Positions 1 to 12,070 of a stretch of DNA of 32,813 bases are shown here, piece after piece. The DNA comes from Sarea resinae (Eukaryota): positions 186,001-218,813 of the forward strand of contig JAPEUD010000041.1 of assembly GCA_026026165.1 (NCBI GenBank), given 5' to 3'. The position numbers and the translations under genes are program-made. The first letter of the stretch is position 1. Each line of letters starts with the position of its first letter. The notes under the pieces were generated by a model. That model had not been told where the DNA came from. It saw only the letters and a list, made by a program, of their open reading frames with translations, and did not search any database.

Positions 1-42
1 GTCATCCCGTCGCCCATTTGCTCTAACACATGAGTACTCAAG

Positions 43-2648
43 AATACAGACAGCCTTATCGAGAAGAACAAGTCCAACAAAGCCGTTCTCCAACAGCTTT
101 TCGCAAACCTGGATCTTATCATAAAGCTCTTCTACGACTTGTCTTGTCAAGACCTTCCGCCAATCTTCGAGGAGAATTTATCTGATATAGCTCAGCTCCT
201 ACACAAATATCTCATCTACGACAATCCACTTCTACGTACCGATGACGACAGTGAATCCGGCCCGCTTGAGTTTACCAAGGCTGGGATCTGCGAAGTGCTG
301 GTCCTTTACGTTCAAAAATATGAAGACGCCATTGGCGTCCATCTCGGCCAATTCATCGAAAGTAGTTGGACTCTTCTCACAACGATTGGTGAAGAGACCA
401 AGTACGATATTCTCGTCAGCAAGGCTCTACAATTCTTAACAGCTGTCGCACACATCCAGACACACGCGCAGGGTTTCAACAATGAAGCGACGCTGGGCCA
501 AGTGGTCGAGAAAGTCATATTGCCCAACCTCAGTCTTCGGGAATCGGACCTTGAGATGTTCGAGGATGAGCCGATCGAGTTCATTCGGCGGGACTTGGAA
601 GGCTCCGACAGCGACACACGAAGACGAGCGGCCACGGATTTCTTGAGGCAATTGATGGAGCAGTTTGAGAAATTAGTCACCGAGGTCGTTTTTCGCTACA
701 TCGATCACTATCTGGCCGACTATGCAAAGGATTCTAAGAGCAACTGGAAGTCAAAGGATACTGCCGTGTATTTATTTTCTTCCATTGCTGCCAAGGGTGG
801 AGCTACCACTAGCCAGGGGGTGAAAACCACGAATTCCTACGTCAATGTCGTGGATTTCTTCCAGAAGAACATCGCCAGCGATCTTGTCGGAGATAGTGGA
901 GTTGAGCCCATTCTCGAAGTCGATGCCATCAAATACCTCTACAATTTCCGAACTTTACTGACCAAACAGCAATGGCATGATGCCTTCCCTCTCCTCATCA
1001 GGCACCTAGCATCTTCAAACTATGTTGTCTATACTTATACCGCTATCGCTGTTGAGCGGGCACTATACCTTAGCAGCGACAGTCGGGAACCCATATTTTC
1101 TCAAGCCGATGTCTTACCCTTGGCAAAAGATCTGCTGGAGCATCTCTTGCAGCTTATCGAGAAAGACAAGGCTCCGGAAAAAATCCAAGAGAATGAATTC
1201 TTGATGAAGTGCGTGATGAGAGTGCTCATCGTCATCAGAGATGGCATCATCCCTCTGACTGATAACCTGTTGGCACACTTCATCAATATCACCGAGATCA
1301 TAAGTAGCAATCCCAGCAACCCAAGATTCTATTACTTTCATTTCGAAGCGCTAGGGGCTTTGGTGAGGTGAGTACCTGGACATCTTGTTTACTGCGGCCC
1401 ATGTGCTCACGGTTTAGATTTGCTGCTCCTTCACAGCCTGAAAAGCTGGAAAATACCCTCTACGGTCCTTTTGCCTCTATCCTGCAGAATGATGTGCAGG
1501 GTAAGTATCGTGCCGCTTTTCGAGAACTGCGCTGATCGATCTTGCAGAATTTATGCCATATGTCTTTCAACTTTTCGCCGCCTTACTCGAAGCTAACCCT
1601 TCTGCCTCTTTATCCGAATATTACAAGTCCCTTATTTCCCCCATAATAATGCCCGCTCTATGGGACTCACGAGGCAATGTGCCAGCGCTTGTTCGATTGC
1701 TCTCCTCTATCATTCCGCGAGGAGCTGAAGACATTGCCAAAAACAATCAGATCGAGCCCATCCTTGGGATCTTTCAGAAGCTCGTCTCTTCCAAGACACA
1801 TGAAAGCTATGGCTTTGACCTTCTTGAAACGGTGGTTTCTAGTTTCCCTGTGTCAGTTATTCATACACCTTGTGGCATCTGCAAAAGTTAATTCGTCTTT
1901 AGTACTGCTCTCGAGACATACTTCGCACCCATGATCCAGATCATGCTCACTCGGCTGCAGAGCTCAAGGACCGAAAACTTCGCCCTCAAATTTGTTCGGT
2001 TCTATCATTTTATGTGTGCTCGAAATGAGCAAGGTCTTGGTACGGATCTATTCATCAACGTCACCGAGCAGGTGCAGGCGGGGTGAGTCTTTCTTCATCC
2101 CATCTATTTTTATGAAGCTCATGGTGTCTATTAGCATCTTTACTCCAGTCTATACCACCATCATTCTTCCAGAGACCCAAAAACTCGCACGTCCTCTTGA
2201 TCGGAAAACTGCCGTCATCGGCCTTACCAAGACGCTGACTTCTTCCGTCGCGTTCGCGGAGAAATATAAGAAAGGCTGGGCTTTTACGTGCGAGGCTTTG
2301 CTGAAACTGCTGGAGAATCCTCCATTGCCGACTACGACCGATGACACGATCATGGAGCAGGATGTCGATGATCTTAGCTTCGGTGTAGGCTTTACGCAGT
2401 TGAATACGTGCAAGAAGGTCGTCAAAGACCCTTGGCCAGAAGTGACTGATGTGAAGCGATGGGTTGGTCTGTTCATACAGGAAGAGGATAAAAAGAATGG
2501 CGGACGAGTAAGCGGAAACCCTCTTCTTGGACAGCGCGCCTGTGATCGATGGCCACATGCTGATGATATATTTCAGATCAATGGCTTTGTACAGGAGCGC
2601 CTATCCCCGGAGGCAAAGCAGGTGTTACTCTCTTACATGCAATCGTAG
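43..2648 (+). CDS. CSE1: Importin-alpha re-exporter / exportin-2 (Cse1/CAS), 5' end outside window
   Basis: Contains Cse1 motifs LFYDLSCQDLPPIFEEN, FEDEPIEFIRRDLEGSDSDTRRRAATDFL, NWKSKDTAVYLF and ENEFLMKCVMRVL. Frame-consistent exons: 43-1367, 1418-1500, 1548-1851, 1903-2082, 2135-2507, 2577-2648 (TAG), all with GT-AG introns. Confidence 0.96.
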
Positions 2649-3141
2649 GGTAGTGGAGATGGGACGAAGAGATGCGAAAAGGATAGAGGCAATTGATGCA
2701 AAAGCGTTCTTTCGACTTTCAGCATTTGTGCAAAGTGACAGTGGTCCTGGCCAAAGATCACCAGGATGCATGTGCTCGGCCTGTGCGCGAGCGAACGATA
2801 GAACCACCGAATGTGTCATAGGAACAATCTAGTGAATACGTCAAGCCATGAAAAGAGATTGACAATCACTGAATCCCAGATTATTGATCATCTATATGAA
2901 TGATGATTACCTTAGTCTGTTGTGTTGAGCTTAAGTAGGTAGGTATCCGGACGAGGGATGTACAGCGATATACTACCTCGTAGTATATTGATACGTAATT
3001 TTGGAAGTGGGTGGGTGGAATCGCGAAGCGGCCAGGAGCAGCGTAACGTAACCTGTCCTGTGCGACAGCCCAGCATCTTTGAAGAAATAGCTTCAGCTCA
3101 GGACCCTGATTTCGAGGCCACTCCGAGGCTTTTACCAGACC

Positions 3142-6080
3142 ATGGCGGTCGACACGCCCGATCCTAGGACTTTCAAGACCTGGGATGATGCCTTCCAATA
3201 TCCTATTCCTGCGGTGCGCCGCTTGGAGCAACAGCTCCGGAGGGATATCGACGCAAACCGCGAGAAGCTCCGGTCGCTGGTGGGGTGCGCTCACCTGCTA
3301 TATCCCAACGAATGAATGAAATACTAACCTGTATGCGATATGCAGGGCAAGCTATCGCGATCTGTTGTTGACTGCGGAACGCATCATACAGATGGATGGG
3401 CAGATCCAGCAGGTCGACACTCATCTGGGGGACATGGGTAACAAGAGCAACTCCCGCGCCATCGAGAAGCTCGGACGAAGCTATGAGAAATGGGACAGGA
3501 GCAGGAAATTGCAGGGTACTGTTGATTCGAAGCTGCGGACTGTAATGCGTGGCTGACGGAACTGTTCCTCATTTTCTAGACAAGGACCGCTTTTCATTCG
3601 CGTCGCAGCTTGCCGTGCTGCAAAACTGTCCGATCGTCATCTCACGAGTCCTCCGAAGAGGAGGAGCTACCTTGATTGCAGCAAAGGTTCTGGTGCTGTC
3701 TAGATTGCTCCATAAGACGCTCTCGTCACAGAATGCGGAAACGCCGCCATTGGTGGAGGCGATGCGAAGTCAATTGGCCTCGCTGAGACGGAAACTGCTC
3801 AGTCATATCGACCACCAATTCTCGAACCCGAATGCCTCGGGCTCGACACTGGTAGAAGCCATGTGCGCTTTTACTCTTGCCACGAGCTCTACGCCGACGG
3901 ACGTTCTACGCCACTTTCACCATGTCCGGCTAGAGGCGATCACTGCCCAGTTCGCTCCAGGGCAGGGGGATCACAATGGCATCTTGAAGGCGCTGAAACT
4001 GTACATCCGCACGCTACAAGATACCCAAGCCAAGCTTTCGAAGCAGCTTGGCGACGCTTTGTTCAGACTCAAGTCACAGCCATTACTAAAGGACCCGGAT
4101 ATCAGATCGTTAATAGAATTGAAGTTGGACATTCACGCGAGATGGATCGACGAGGATATTAGGAATTTCACGCCCTGGATCCGTCATGACGACCTGCAAC
4201 AAAAAGACCAAACAGAGTCGCTATTGAGGGACTGGTCCAAGCAAGCTTTTCAGACTCTGATCAGTGGTTTGCAGACAAGCTTGGGGGAAATTGAAGATCT
4301 TTCCTCACTTGTCCAGATTCGCAGAGAGGTGTTGGAGATGTGGCTCGACAGCCGCAACAGAGTCCCGAGATTTGCGACTCCTCCGGATTCACTGGAGAAG
4401 CTACGAGGTGCCATGATCTCTCGCTTCGAGCAGCTTATACGGCAACGCGCCCGCAACCTTTCCGCCACCGCCGTCGAACTCCTTTCTCGGGTTGAGAATT
4501 GGTCGTCCGAGCTTCTATCCTGTCCGTCGCTTTGGGACTCTGAGACGATCGAAATGGATATCAGCAATGGTGCCCCTGCTTTCCGAAAAGCGATCATCGA
4601 CCGTAGTCACGGCATCAGCCTAGCCGAACAGTCAGTGTTGAAGGTCTACGAAGACTGGCTGGCTTCCGTCGCCGAAGTATCGATGACTATCAAGCACTTG
4701 CGGCAAAGCAGATGGGATGATTTCGATCTCGAGCTCGACGAAGACGAAGACGACGAACTTGCCGAGGAAGGAGGAGGAGAAGACCGTCTCCAGACCCTCC
4801 TCAGCGAATCCGATCCGCGCCTTCTAGAGCAAGATTTTCAATCTGCTCTTCTCGCGAGTTTCAAATCCTTCCAGAAAGCCGTCTCGGACATGGCGAAAGA
4901 CTTTTCCGCCGAGCATCGGGGTGGCCAAGCCATGTTCGTCCTCCGCATTCTGCGAGAGATCCGACAGAATCTGCCTCAGAGTATGGATATGGACGGTCCC
5001 AGTGCGCCGTCGTTGTCATCGTCGTCGTCCGTGGTGCCAGACCTGCACGTCATGATCGCCGAGAGCGTATCGGCGCGCGCCTTGCTCTCTTTCAGACGCC
5101 AGCATTCTTCCTCGGTTTCTTCCAAACGCCGCGCTAATGAGAAACGAGCACGGCGACAGCAGCGGCAGCGCAGGCAAAGGCTCGCCGTCCGAGCTCTTTG
5201 GGAGGGCACGCCCGCGCTCCCGGTGCAGCCTTCGCCGGAGATCTTCAAGCTCCTCCATAGACTCGTGTCGTCGATGGCGGAGGTTGGGGCTGATCTTTGG
5301 AGTCCGGCCGCCACGAGGACGCTGAAACGCATTGTCCGCGAGCAGGTCGCCGAGGTCCTGGCCGTCTATTTACGTGAGATGGGGTCTCCTCGTACTGGTA
5401 CGGCTAGCGGGGGTGGAGGTAGGGGTGGAGGCGTCAACGGACATGCGGGTAACCTATCGCTTAAACCTTCTCATCCTCCTGAAGAGGAGGAGGAGAACGG
5501 TGCTGCTACTATCGTAGGAGACAAGGGGAATGATGATGATGGGGATGGAGAGAGGGAGACCACACCCAACGGCCACCACCGCCACGTTGACGACGCTATC
5601 GCCGGCGAAAAGAAAGATTCCTCCCCCTCCTCCGACAAGACCAACAATTACGCCCGCGACCACCTCCTCCAAGCCCTCTTCGATATTTTCTTTCTCCAAC
5701 ACGCCCTCTCCATCTCCTGGTCCCCCGCCGTCGTCTCCGAAGCAGCAGACTCTAAGCGTGTGCAAGACCACGACCACGACCACGACCGAGACCACGAGGA
5801 CAAAAACAACGAGCCGGAAGCCGACGATGCCCTAGCCTCTCTCGCGCACTCCTTGGCCATCACCGAGCCTCCCTCTTCCCAGCCACAATCACAACCGCAA
5901 TCGCAACTCCAGGGAACCAAACACGTTACCTCACCATCACCATCAACATCAACACCACCACTAGTACCACTCTCAGCGATCACGACACCAATCCCAGACG
6001 CAGAGCTCGACCGGCTCCGGCGCGGCGCCGCCGAGTACTGGAAACGAACGGCGCTGTTATTCGGTCTGCTGGCTTACTAG
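3142..6080 (+). CDS. COG1: Conserved oligomeric Golgi complex subunit 1 (Vps51/Vps67 N-terminal domain)
   Basis: The spliced N-terminus MAVDTPDPRTFKTWDDAFQYPIPAVRRLEQQLRRDIDANREKLRSLVGASYRDLL matches the Vps51/Vps67 pattern. It also has ALWEGTPALPVQPSP and a C-terminal EYWKRTALLFGLL typical of fungal Cog1. Exons 3142-3284, 3346-3515, 3580-6080. Confidence 0.85.
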
Positions 6081-6374
6081 TTTGTCCCTTTGGCCGTCTC
6101 GTCACATTGCTTTTCTTAACGTTGCTTTCGTCTCGTCTCGTCTCGTCTCGTTTCTTTTCTTTTGTTTTCTCTTGCTTGTTCTCTTGCACAAGCCACTAGA
6201 CACATCTATCTATTCACTTTCTCCCTCTTTCGTTTCGTTGAGATGGATAGAACAGACGATGCTGAGATCAGGTGTGATTTATAGCGGAAGAAAGTGCCAG
6301 CTGCAGTAGCAGTAGCATAGCAGCAGTGCCAGCAGCAGTAGCAGCAGTAGCAGCAGTGGCATAACAACAGCAGT

Positions 6375-6409
<35 letters not shown>

Positions 6410-7127
6410 TAGGAGCACGCAAATCTTCCATCCCGTGCTGTATGTATAAATATACTTTCCGTACATCTCCATCAAGACCAACTATAATGGCTTCGACATA
6501 ACCCGACACCCAGACATCCAGATACCCATCTATCTATCTATCTACGGAAGTAAACACACCCATCCAACCCCCTTTCCCTCCCCCTTTCCCTCTTTCCCTG
6601 CCCCCCTTTCTCCCCATCCCCATCCCCAGCTCCCCGTTCCCCGCTCTTACCCAGCCCGGGCCGGGCCCATCGTTTACATTCATATTCGCATTCATATTCA
6701 AATCCCCATTCAAATCCACATCCAAGCTTTCCCCCCTTACCGAGCTTTCGTTTTCGCGGTTGACCGGTTTCGCGTTGACCGGTTTCGGTGAAGCACCAAC
6801 CACCGGTGGATGGTAGATGGTGGATGTTGAAGTTGATGTCTATATTACAAAAGACGGGGGGAAACGTGAGACTCAAATGAATGAATGAATGAATCCACCC
6901 ACCCACCCACCCCAATCTATTCGATTTGATTCGATTCGATTCTAGGAAATACAATCCATTCGTCCTGCCACCCCCTTTTCCCCGTTCCCCTTTTCCCCAT
7001 TGCCTTTTCCCTTTACCTTTGTCCTTTTCTCTTTTCTCCACGCACGAGAACGACACAAGAATGGGCTCAAGCTAGCTAGCTAGCTGGCTGGCTGGCACAG
7101 CCTAGTTCTGGGATAGCCTAGCCCAGC
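6081..7127. repeat. Compound microsatellite/low-complexity spacer between convergent genes
   Basis: Successive tracts: (TCGTC)n ~6128-6150, (CAG/TAG)n ~6298-6407, (TATC)n ~6528-6543, C/T-rich runs 6570-6640 and 6970-7035, (GAAT)n/(CCAC)n/(GATTC)n 6878-6942, (GCTA)n/(GCTG)n 7070-7095. Confidence 0.9.
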
Positions 7128-8603
7128 CTAGCCCAACGACACATAGCCCGGATTGACGCCCTGATTCAGGCCCGCGATCAACTCCACCGCGTCAGGGCCC
7201 GCGGCCATGCCTGCTCCACCACCACCATTATTGGAAGCACCCCCGTTACCACCGTCCGAGGAGTCGCCGCCGCCACCGCTACTGTTCGAGCCAGCGAGAG
7301 AAGCAGAGATGGCCGACGACGGCGTCAACGAGGCCGAGAGGGCCGAACCGGAACCGCCAGAATCCGACGACGAAGCAGAAGCGGCCTTCTTGGCGCGCTC
7401 GGCGACATACGAGTGGTATCGTAACGAGCTCAGGATCATAAAGGCCATGCTGATGATGGTGATGGCGGCGCGGCGCGTGAGCACCCACCGGAGCCCCTCG
7501 ACCTCGCTCTTGCTGTCCGAGTTCAGCGCGACCGTGATCTTGTAGTTGAGCTCCTGGATCCGCGTCGCCATGCCGCGCTGCTCCGTGTTGACCACCATCT
7601 TGCGGTCGTTGAACATGCCCTTGAGCGCCTCCTTCAGCGTCAGCATGTCCTGCGTCAGCTTCTGGTTCAGGATGTCGACTTCGTGCTGCAGCTGCGTGCG
7701 CTCCGTGCGCATCTTTTCCGTTTCCGCCTTGCGGTTGTTTTGGATCTCCGTGCGCAGCTCGCTGCACGCGGCCCGGAAGAGATACGTTTCCTATTTCTTT
7801 ACGTTAGCCTCGGTGGTGTTTCCAGGTCTGGCCAAAAAGAAAAAAGCCAAGGACATAATACAACATACATTCTCGACATCTGATTTCGAGACCAGCCCTT
7901 TCTGTGCCTTCTCGAGATTCAACGTCAGCAGGTCCCTGACCGCTTTCATGATGGTAACGCTGCTGGCCTCGGTGAAGCCGCCCTCTGCTAACCGGCGCAC
8001 GAGCGAGTAGGTGTCGAAGTGGTGGACGTAGGGCGTCGCCTGCAGATGAGGCGGCTTACGGTCTTCCGGGATCGACGACGGCGGGCCCATGTGCAATACT
8101 GTTCCCATGGCCTCGGTGGTGGGGGGCAAGTCTTCTTTTGGTGGCGGTGGGGCGGATTCCTGCTCGACCCGCTGGGGCTGTTCCTCTGGTTTCGGCGCGT
8201 CTGATTCCAGCGAGTTGTCATCGTACTCATCGGTGTTATTGGCAGGGTCATCCTGCCCGAATGGCGACGTTGACGATTCCTGTGCTTTTTGCTGTTCCGG
8301 GCCTTGGGGCGACTTGTTGCTTTGGCCGTCACCCTTGACCTCTTTCGCGTCCTTCAAGGGCGCTTTTTCCGCATCTCCCATGCCCCGTCCAGTAGGTGGT
8401 GGCGTCGGCTCACTAGCAGGGCCATATCGCTGTCGCGCAGTTGCCTGTTGTTTTCGCCGCGGGGTGCAGTGAAAGCCAGCTCGGGGCGTAGCTCGGTACT
8501 GCGATGCCTTTGCCGGCTGGTGTGAGGCGGCCGCGAGGGACTCTCCTATGCGTGCAGTGCGGAACAGGCTCGGATAGAGGAATGTGAGACGCGGTATCGA
8601 CAT
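7128..8603 (-). CDS. Mitochondrial DUF1640 / CCDC90 (Fmp32/Put6/Put7-like) coiled-coil membrane protein
   Basis: Arg/Ser-rich presequence-like start MSIPRLTFLYPSLFR; YVHHFDTYSLVRRLAEGGFT...LVSKSDVEN|ETYLFRAACSELRTEI; C-terminal SEVEGLRWVLTRRAA followed by a hydrophobic helix. Exons 8603-7869 and 7790-7128; intron GTATGT...TAG. Confidence 0.88.
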
Positions 8604-8756
8604 TTTTGCCGCGGGGGAGGATGAGAAGGATGAGGATGAGGATGCGTGGAAGATGGAGCTGGAGACCGAGTCGAGTTCTAGAACACCGTTACACAGGGCC
8701 AAGCCACGTGTTGGAAGGAGAAATGTTTGGGCATTCGTCATTCCTGCAGGAATTGC

Positions 8757-8859
8757 CGAGGTACCTCGACTCACGCGTCGGCAACGTGCAACGCGAGGTA
8801 CCTCCCATCTCAACCCGGAGTCACATCGGAGGGCCCTCGGCCTCTCTCTATTTAATAGA
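8757..8859. promoter_or_regulatory. Three GAGGnnCCTC palindromes and a TATA-like palindrome upstream of the DUF1640 gene
   Basis: CGAGGTACCTCG 8757-8768, GAGGTACCTC 8795-8804, GAGGGCCCTC 8829-8838; CTCTATTTAATAGAG ~8845-8859. Function is inferred. Confidence 0.4.
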
Positions 8860-9531
8860 GGACAACGTCAGGAACAATGGCTGCGAACACGAAGATGGAT
8901 GAGGTTGATACAGACTGGAAGAGTCATGCAATCTGCACATCCAGTACCCAAGCTGTAGCGTATTTGGATTCAAAGATCCTGTGTTGTCTATCACATCACG
9001 AACGAGATGGATCCAGCTCCAGCCAGATTCGGCGAGAAAGAGTTAAGCTCTGCCGTGGCAAAGAGGTCGAGGAAGCCCGGACCAGAAGAATAAGAGGAGA
9101 AGAGAAGTGAAGAAGAGCGACGCCGGCCGGCACAAGGTTTCGTATCCTTCAAATCCTTCAGAAGAGTTCCGCCCGCTCGCTATCAGCGCTACGTAAAAAG
9201 GTATATGTACACAATATGAGAAAGAAGTGATGGACATGAAGGTTCTTCGAACATCGAGAGGGGCCAGGCAAAGAAGCATCAGAGAAGGGATATATAGAAT
9301 CACCACAAAAGGAATCGTGATCGTCAAGTCCGTAGAAAATAGGCAATGCTTGCTTCGATGAGTGTCCATTGCTGACACCATCAGCACACCCCGCACCCCG
9401 CACCCATCTTCCGCCATAATCAGAAATCGTAAAGTTTCACTCCCGTCCCTGAAAAAGCTCGCACTCATATTCTGCCTCTCAACAAACAAACTTGGGGTAT
9501 CAAAGTGAAGAGTAAAGCCTGCACGGCCTGA

Positions 9532-11210
9532 TCAGAATGCACCACCTCTCTCCCCGAACACGCCGACACTACCTCGCCAGCAAAGGATAGGCATAGCAGG
9601 CGTAGCGCTAAGTCTAGCCGTCCCGCCATCAAGCTCGGCAGTCGCATAGTTGGCGTCGTCGGAATGGGTGCTAAGGCCCGAGCTACGGCGCGAAGAATTG
9701 GAGTTTGTTTCTGTCTGTGTGCGAAGAAGCGTTGAGCCTGTGGCGGATACCCGACGGGTGAAATCAGTGAGGCTCAGATGTTTGTTGTTGACACCTGCGG
9801 TTGGGGAGCCGATCCCGCTACGGCTGCGCTGATCGGCTTCGAGTCCATCCATATCGACAGTGGCACGGCGTTGAGAGGCACGGCGAGAGACGCCTCCTCC
9901 TCGAACACTGGGGGATCTGGATGGATCAGCTAGATCTCCGCCTCCTGACTTTTCCTGTGGACTGCGACGCGAGATGAATTCGAGCGCTCTCATAGTCGCT
10001 GACGGTATCTTGCCTTCCTTCTCTTCCTCGCTTTCTTCTCCAGGCCGTTCCTTAATCCGATGCCGCTTTCTATCTGTCTCCCGCTCGGCCATGAGGGCCT
10101 CGAATCGAGCCACCGAGCTCAGGTTTGTGGACGTCTCGGCTTCGCTGCCGGGGACGCACTTCATTGCGAATGCTCTATCCAAGATGGATTCTCGTGGAAT
10201 GCTGGCACTCATCGGTGAGGATCTTGTGGGTGAATTAGGCCGGATCTGCAGACGATGTTCCACGTTGGGAGCTTTGGGAGTCACGGGCATGTCGAGAGCT
10301 GGACTAGGAAGATCGGAGGCCCTGCTGAACATGGATTTCTTGTCGGATGCACTACTGGACAGATCGCTACGCATAGACCGGACGGATCCTGCGGCACTGA
10401 ATTGGACAGAAGGCACAAATCCACTCGATTGATATGACGATGGCGGCTGGGATGGGATGTTACGGGACGATATGGATGGCCGGCCACTTCGGCTGATGGA
10501 CATCCGAGCTGGCTCGGTGTTTTGGAACTGTGGCATTGGCTTAAGCCGAGCTATGATGTTTTCCTGCCAGTCGTTGAGATTATAGCGGTCCTCGGGGAAT
10601 TTTCGCAGATAGAAGGTCTTAAACTGAGAATCCGAAGACGAGGAGGCCGGATTTCCAGTTTGGCCGGACCAGCGCTTGGTGGAGCTGAACGACTTGGATA
10701 TCGACGACGTTGTGGGGGCACGCAGCTCAATGGTGACTGCGAGCGTTGGGACGATGGAGCCTGCCTTGCGTTCTGGGACGTTTTCTAACGCGCATGCTCT
10801 AATTGACGGTACTGGAATGCAAGTGTCGGGGTACATATCTTCCTGCGAAATCATGCCAGTGAGATGTCTGTGGTGATATATCAATCCTCCCGTAAGCTGG
10901 ACATACCTTCTCCTTGAAGACCTGTAACCACCAGGTGTCCGAAGGCATGCGATTGGCGTCGGTGCTGGATGAATTGGTAGGAAAGCGCATCAATTCTTTA
11001 TTACTGGACCGCCGTCTGTCATTCGTTGGCTGACGGGAGAGCGCTGTTGATGCATCCTGAGATTGGATCTCAGGGCTCAAGACGACGTATCGTGTCTATG
11101 TTGGTCAGACACAATCCAGAGCGATCACAGGTATCACCATCTCGTACCTTCCACATTGCCCGCCCTAGAACACCCTTCTTTTCGCGATACATGTACAGAT
11201 AACCCTCCAT
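9532..11210 (-). CDS. Uncharacterised fungal protein with an interrupted PH-like N-terminal domain and a Ser/Arg-rich disordered tail
   Basis: Exons 11210-11148, 11095-10907, 10842-9532, both introns phase 0. MEGYLYMYREKKGVLGRAMWK|TRYVVLS fits the PH beta1-beta2 pattern (EGYL...WKxRYxVL); later segments WWLQVFKEK|EDMYP, PTLAVTI and FYLRKFPEDRYNLNDWQENI fit the remaining strands and terminal helix. Confidence 0.8.
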
Positions 11211-12004
11211 AGTCCTGACTGGTGGAAACAATAGTCTAGATGAGGAGCCTATTGAGAGAGGATCGGAATCGGGGACAGAGACGGTAAAGACAGAGGCAGC
11301 CGTGTAGCCAAGTAATGTCAGATGAAATACTCAAGAAACCGACTGGCTATGGTGAGCATGGTGCGTCGGCCAAGGAGGAAGGAATCTATTAAAGACGGCC
11401 GAGCATGTTTGCACGCATATGGGGACGCAATCACGATCCAGATGAAGCACGCAAACGGTTCAGGGAAGAGGAAATGTTCGGCCGGTAAGGGTGGTGAGAG
11501 TGGTGAGGGTGGTGAGAGGGTGAGAGGGTGAGAGGGTGCAAAGCCAGTGCGTGGCCGGCTGAGAGCCTGTCTCTCCGTCTGTTCTGCCTGGTCGTCTCTC
11601 GTTTGATGCACGGGCGCAGGAGGTATTTTGTACGAGGTCGTAGTCAGGTAGGTAGTGAGGTAGGTATAGAAGTAGGCAAAGGCAGGTAGTAGGTATGAAT
11701 GTCCGTCCCCCTAAGCTACCCAAGGTTGCATTGGTATCTGTCTCCCCGCTCCACTGTTCTTTCCCGCTGCGAGATGGATAAAGGGCAAATGATTGCAGGC
11801 GGATGCAAAGGGAAGGTATGGATATCGATATTCGAGGGAGCAGCAAGTCCGAATCAGCACGGCCAGTGGATGGATGGTTGAAAGGGACCAGAGAGGCGTA
11901 TGCAGGATCGAGGGTGGTCGCAGGTCGCAGGTCGCAGGTCGCTGGAGCATGTCGCAGGCGCAGAGGCGCATCCCATCCATGGATATATCCTCAATCGAAC
12001 TGCA

Positions 12005-12070
12005 GACACTACGGACACTACGGACACTACGACTACGACTACGACTACGACTACGACTACGACTACGACT
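12005..12070. repeat. Tandem repeat: 9-mer (GACACTACG-like) grading into (GACTAC)n
   Basis: Read directly: gacactacggacactacggacactacgactacgactacgactac... Confidence 0.9.

Noticed and set aside
2958..3167. Upstream ORF overlapping the COG1 start
   Set aside because: Its ATG is about 185 bp upstream and may lie outside the transcript; nothing supports translation.
6206..7056. Poly-Leu/Ala and Gly/Lys-rich ORFs
   Set aside because: By-products of (CAG)n and pyrimidine tracts in a convergent spacer.
8604..8813. N-terminal extension of ORF 7791-8813 in the track
   Set aside because: It starts at a non-ATG codon; the ATG at 8603 gives a plausible mitochondrial presequence.
7207..8958. Chain of plus-strand ORFs antisense to the DUF1640 gene
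   Set aside because: They mirror GC-rich sense codons, which lack antisense stops, and show no protein motif.
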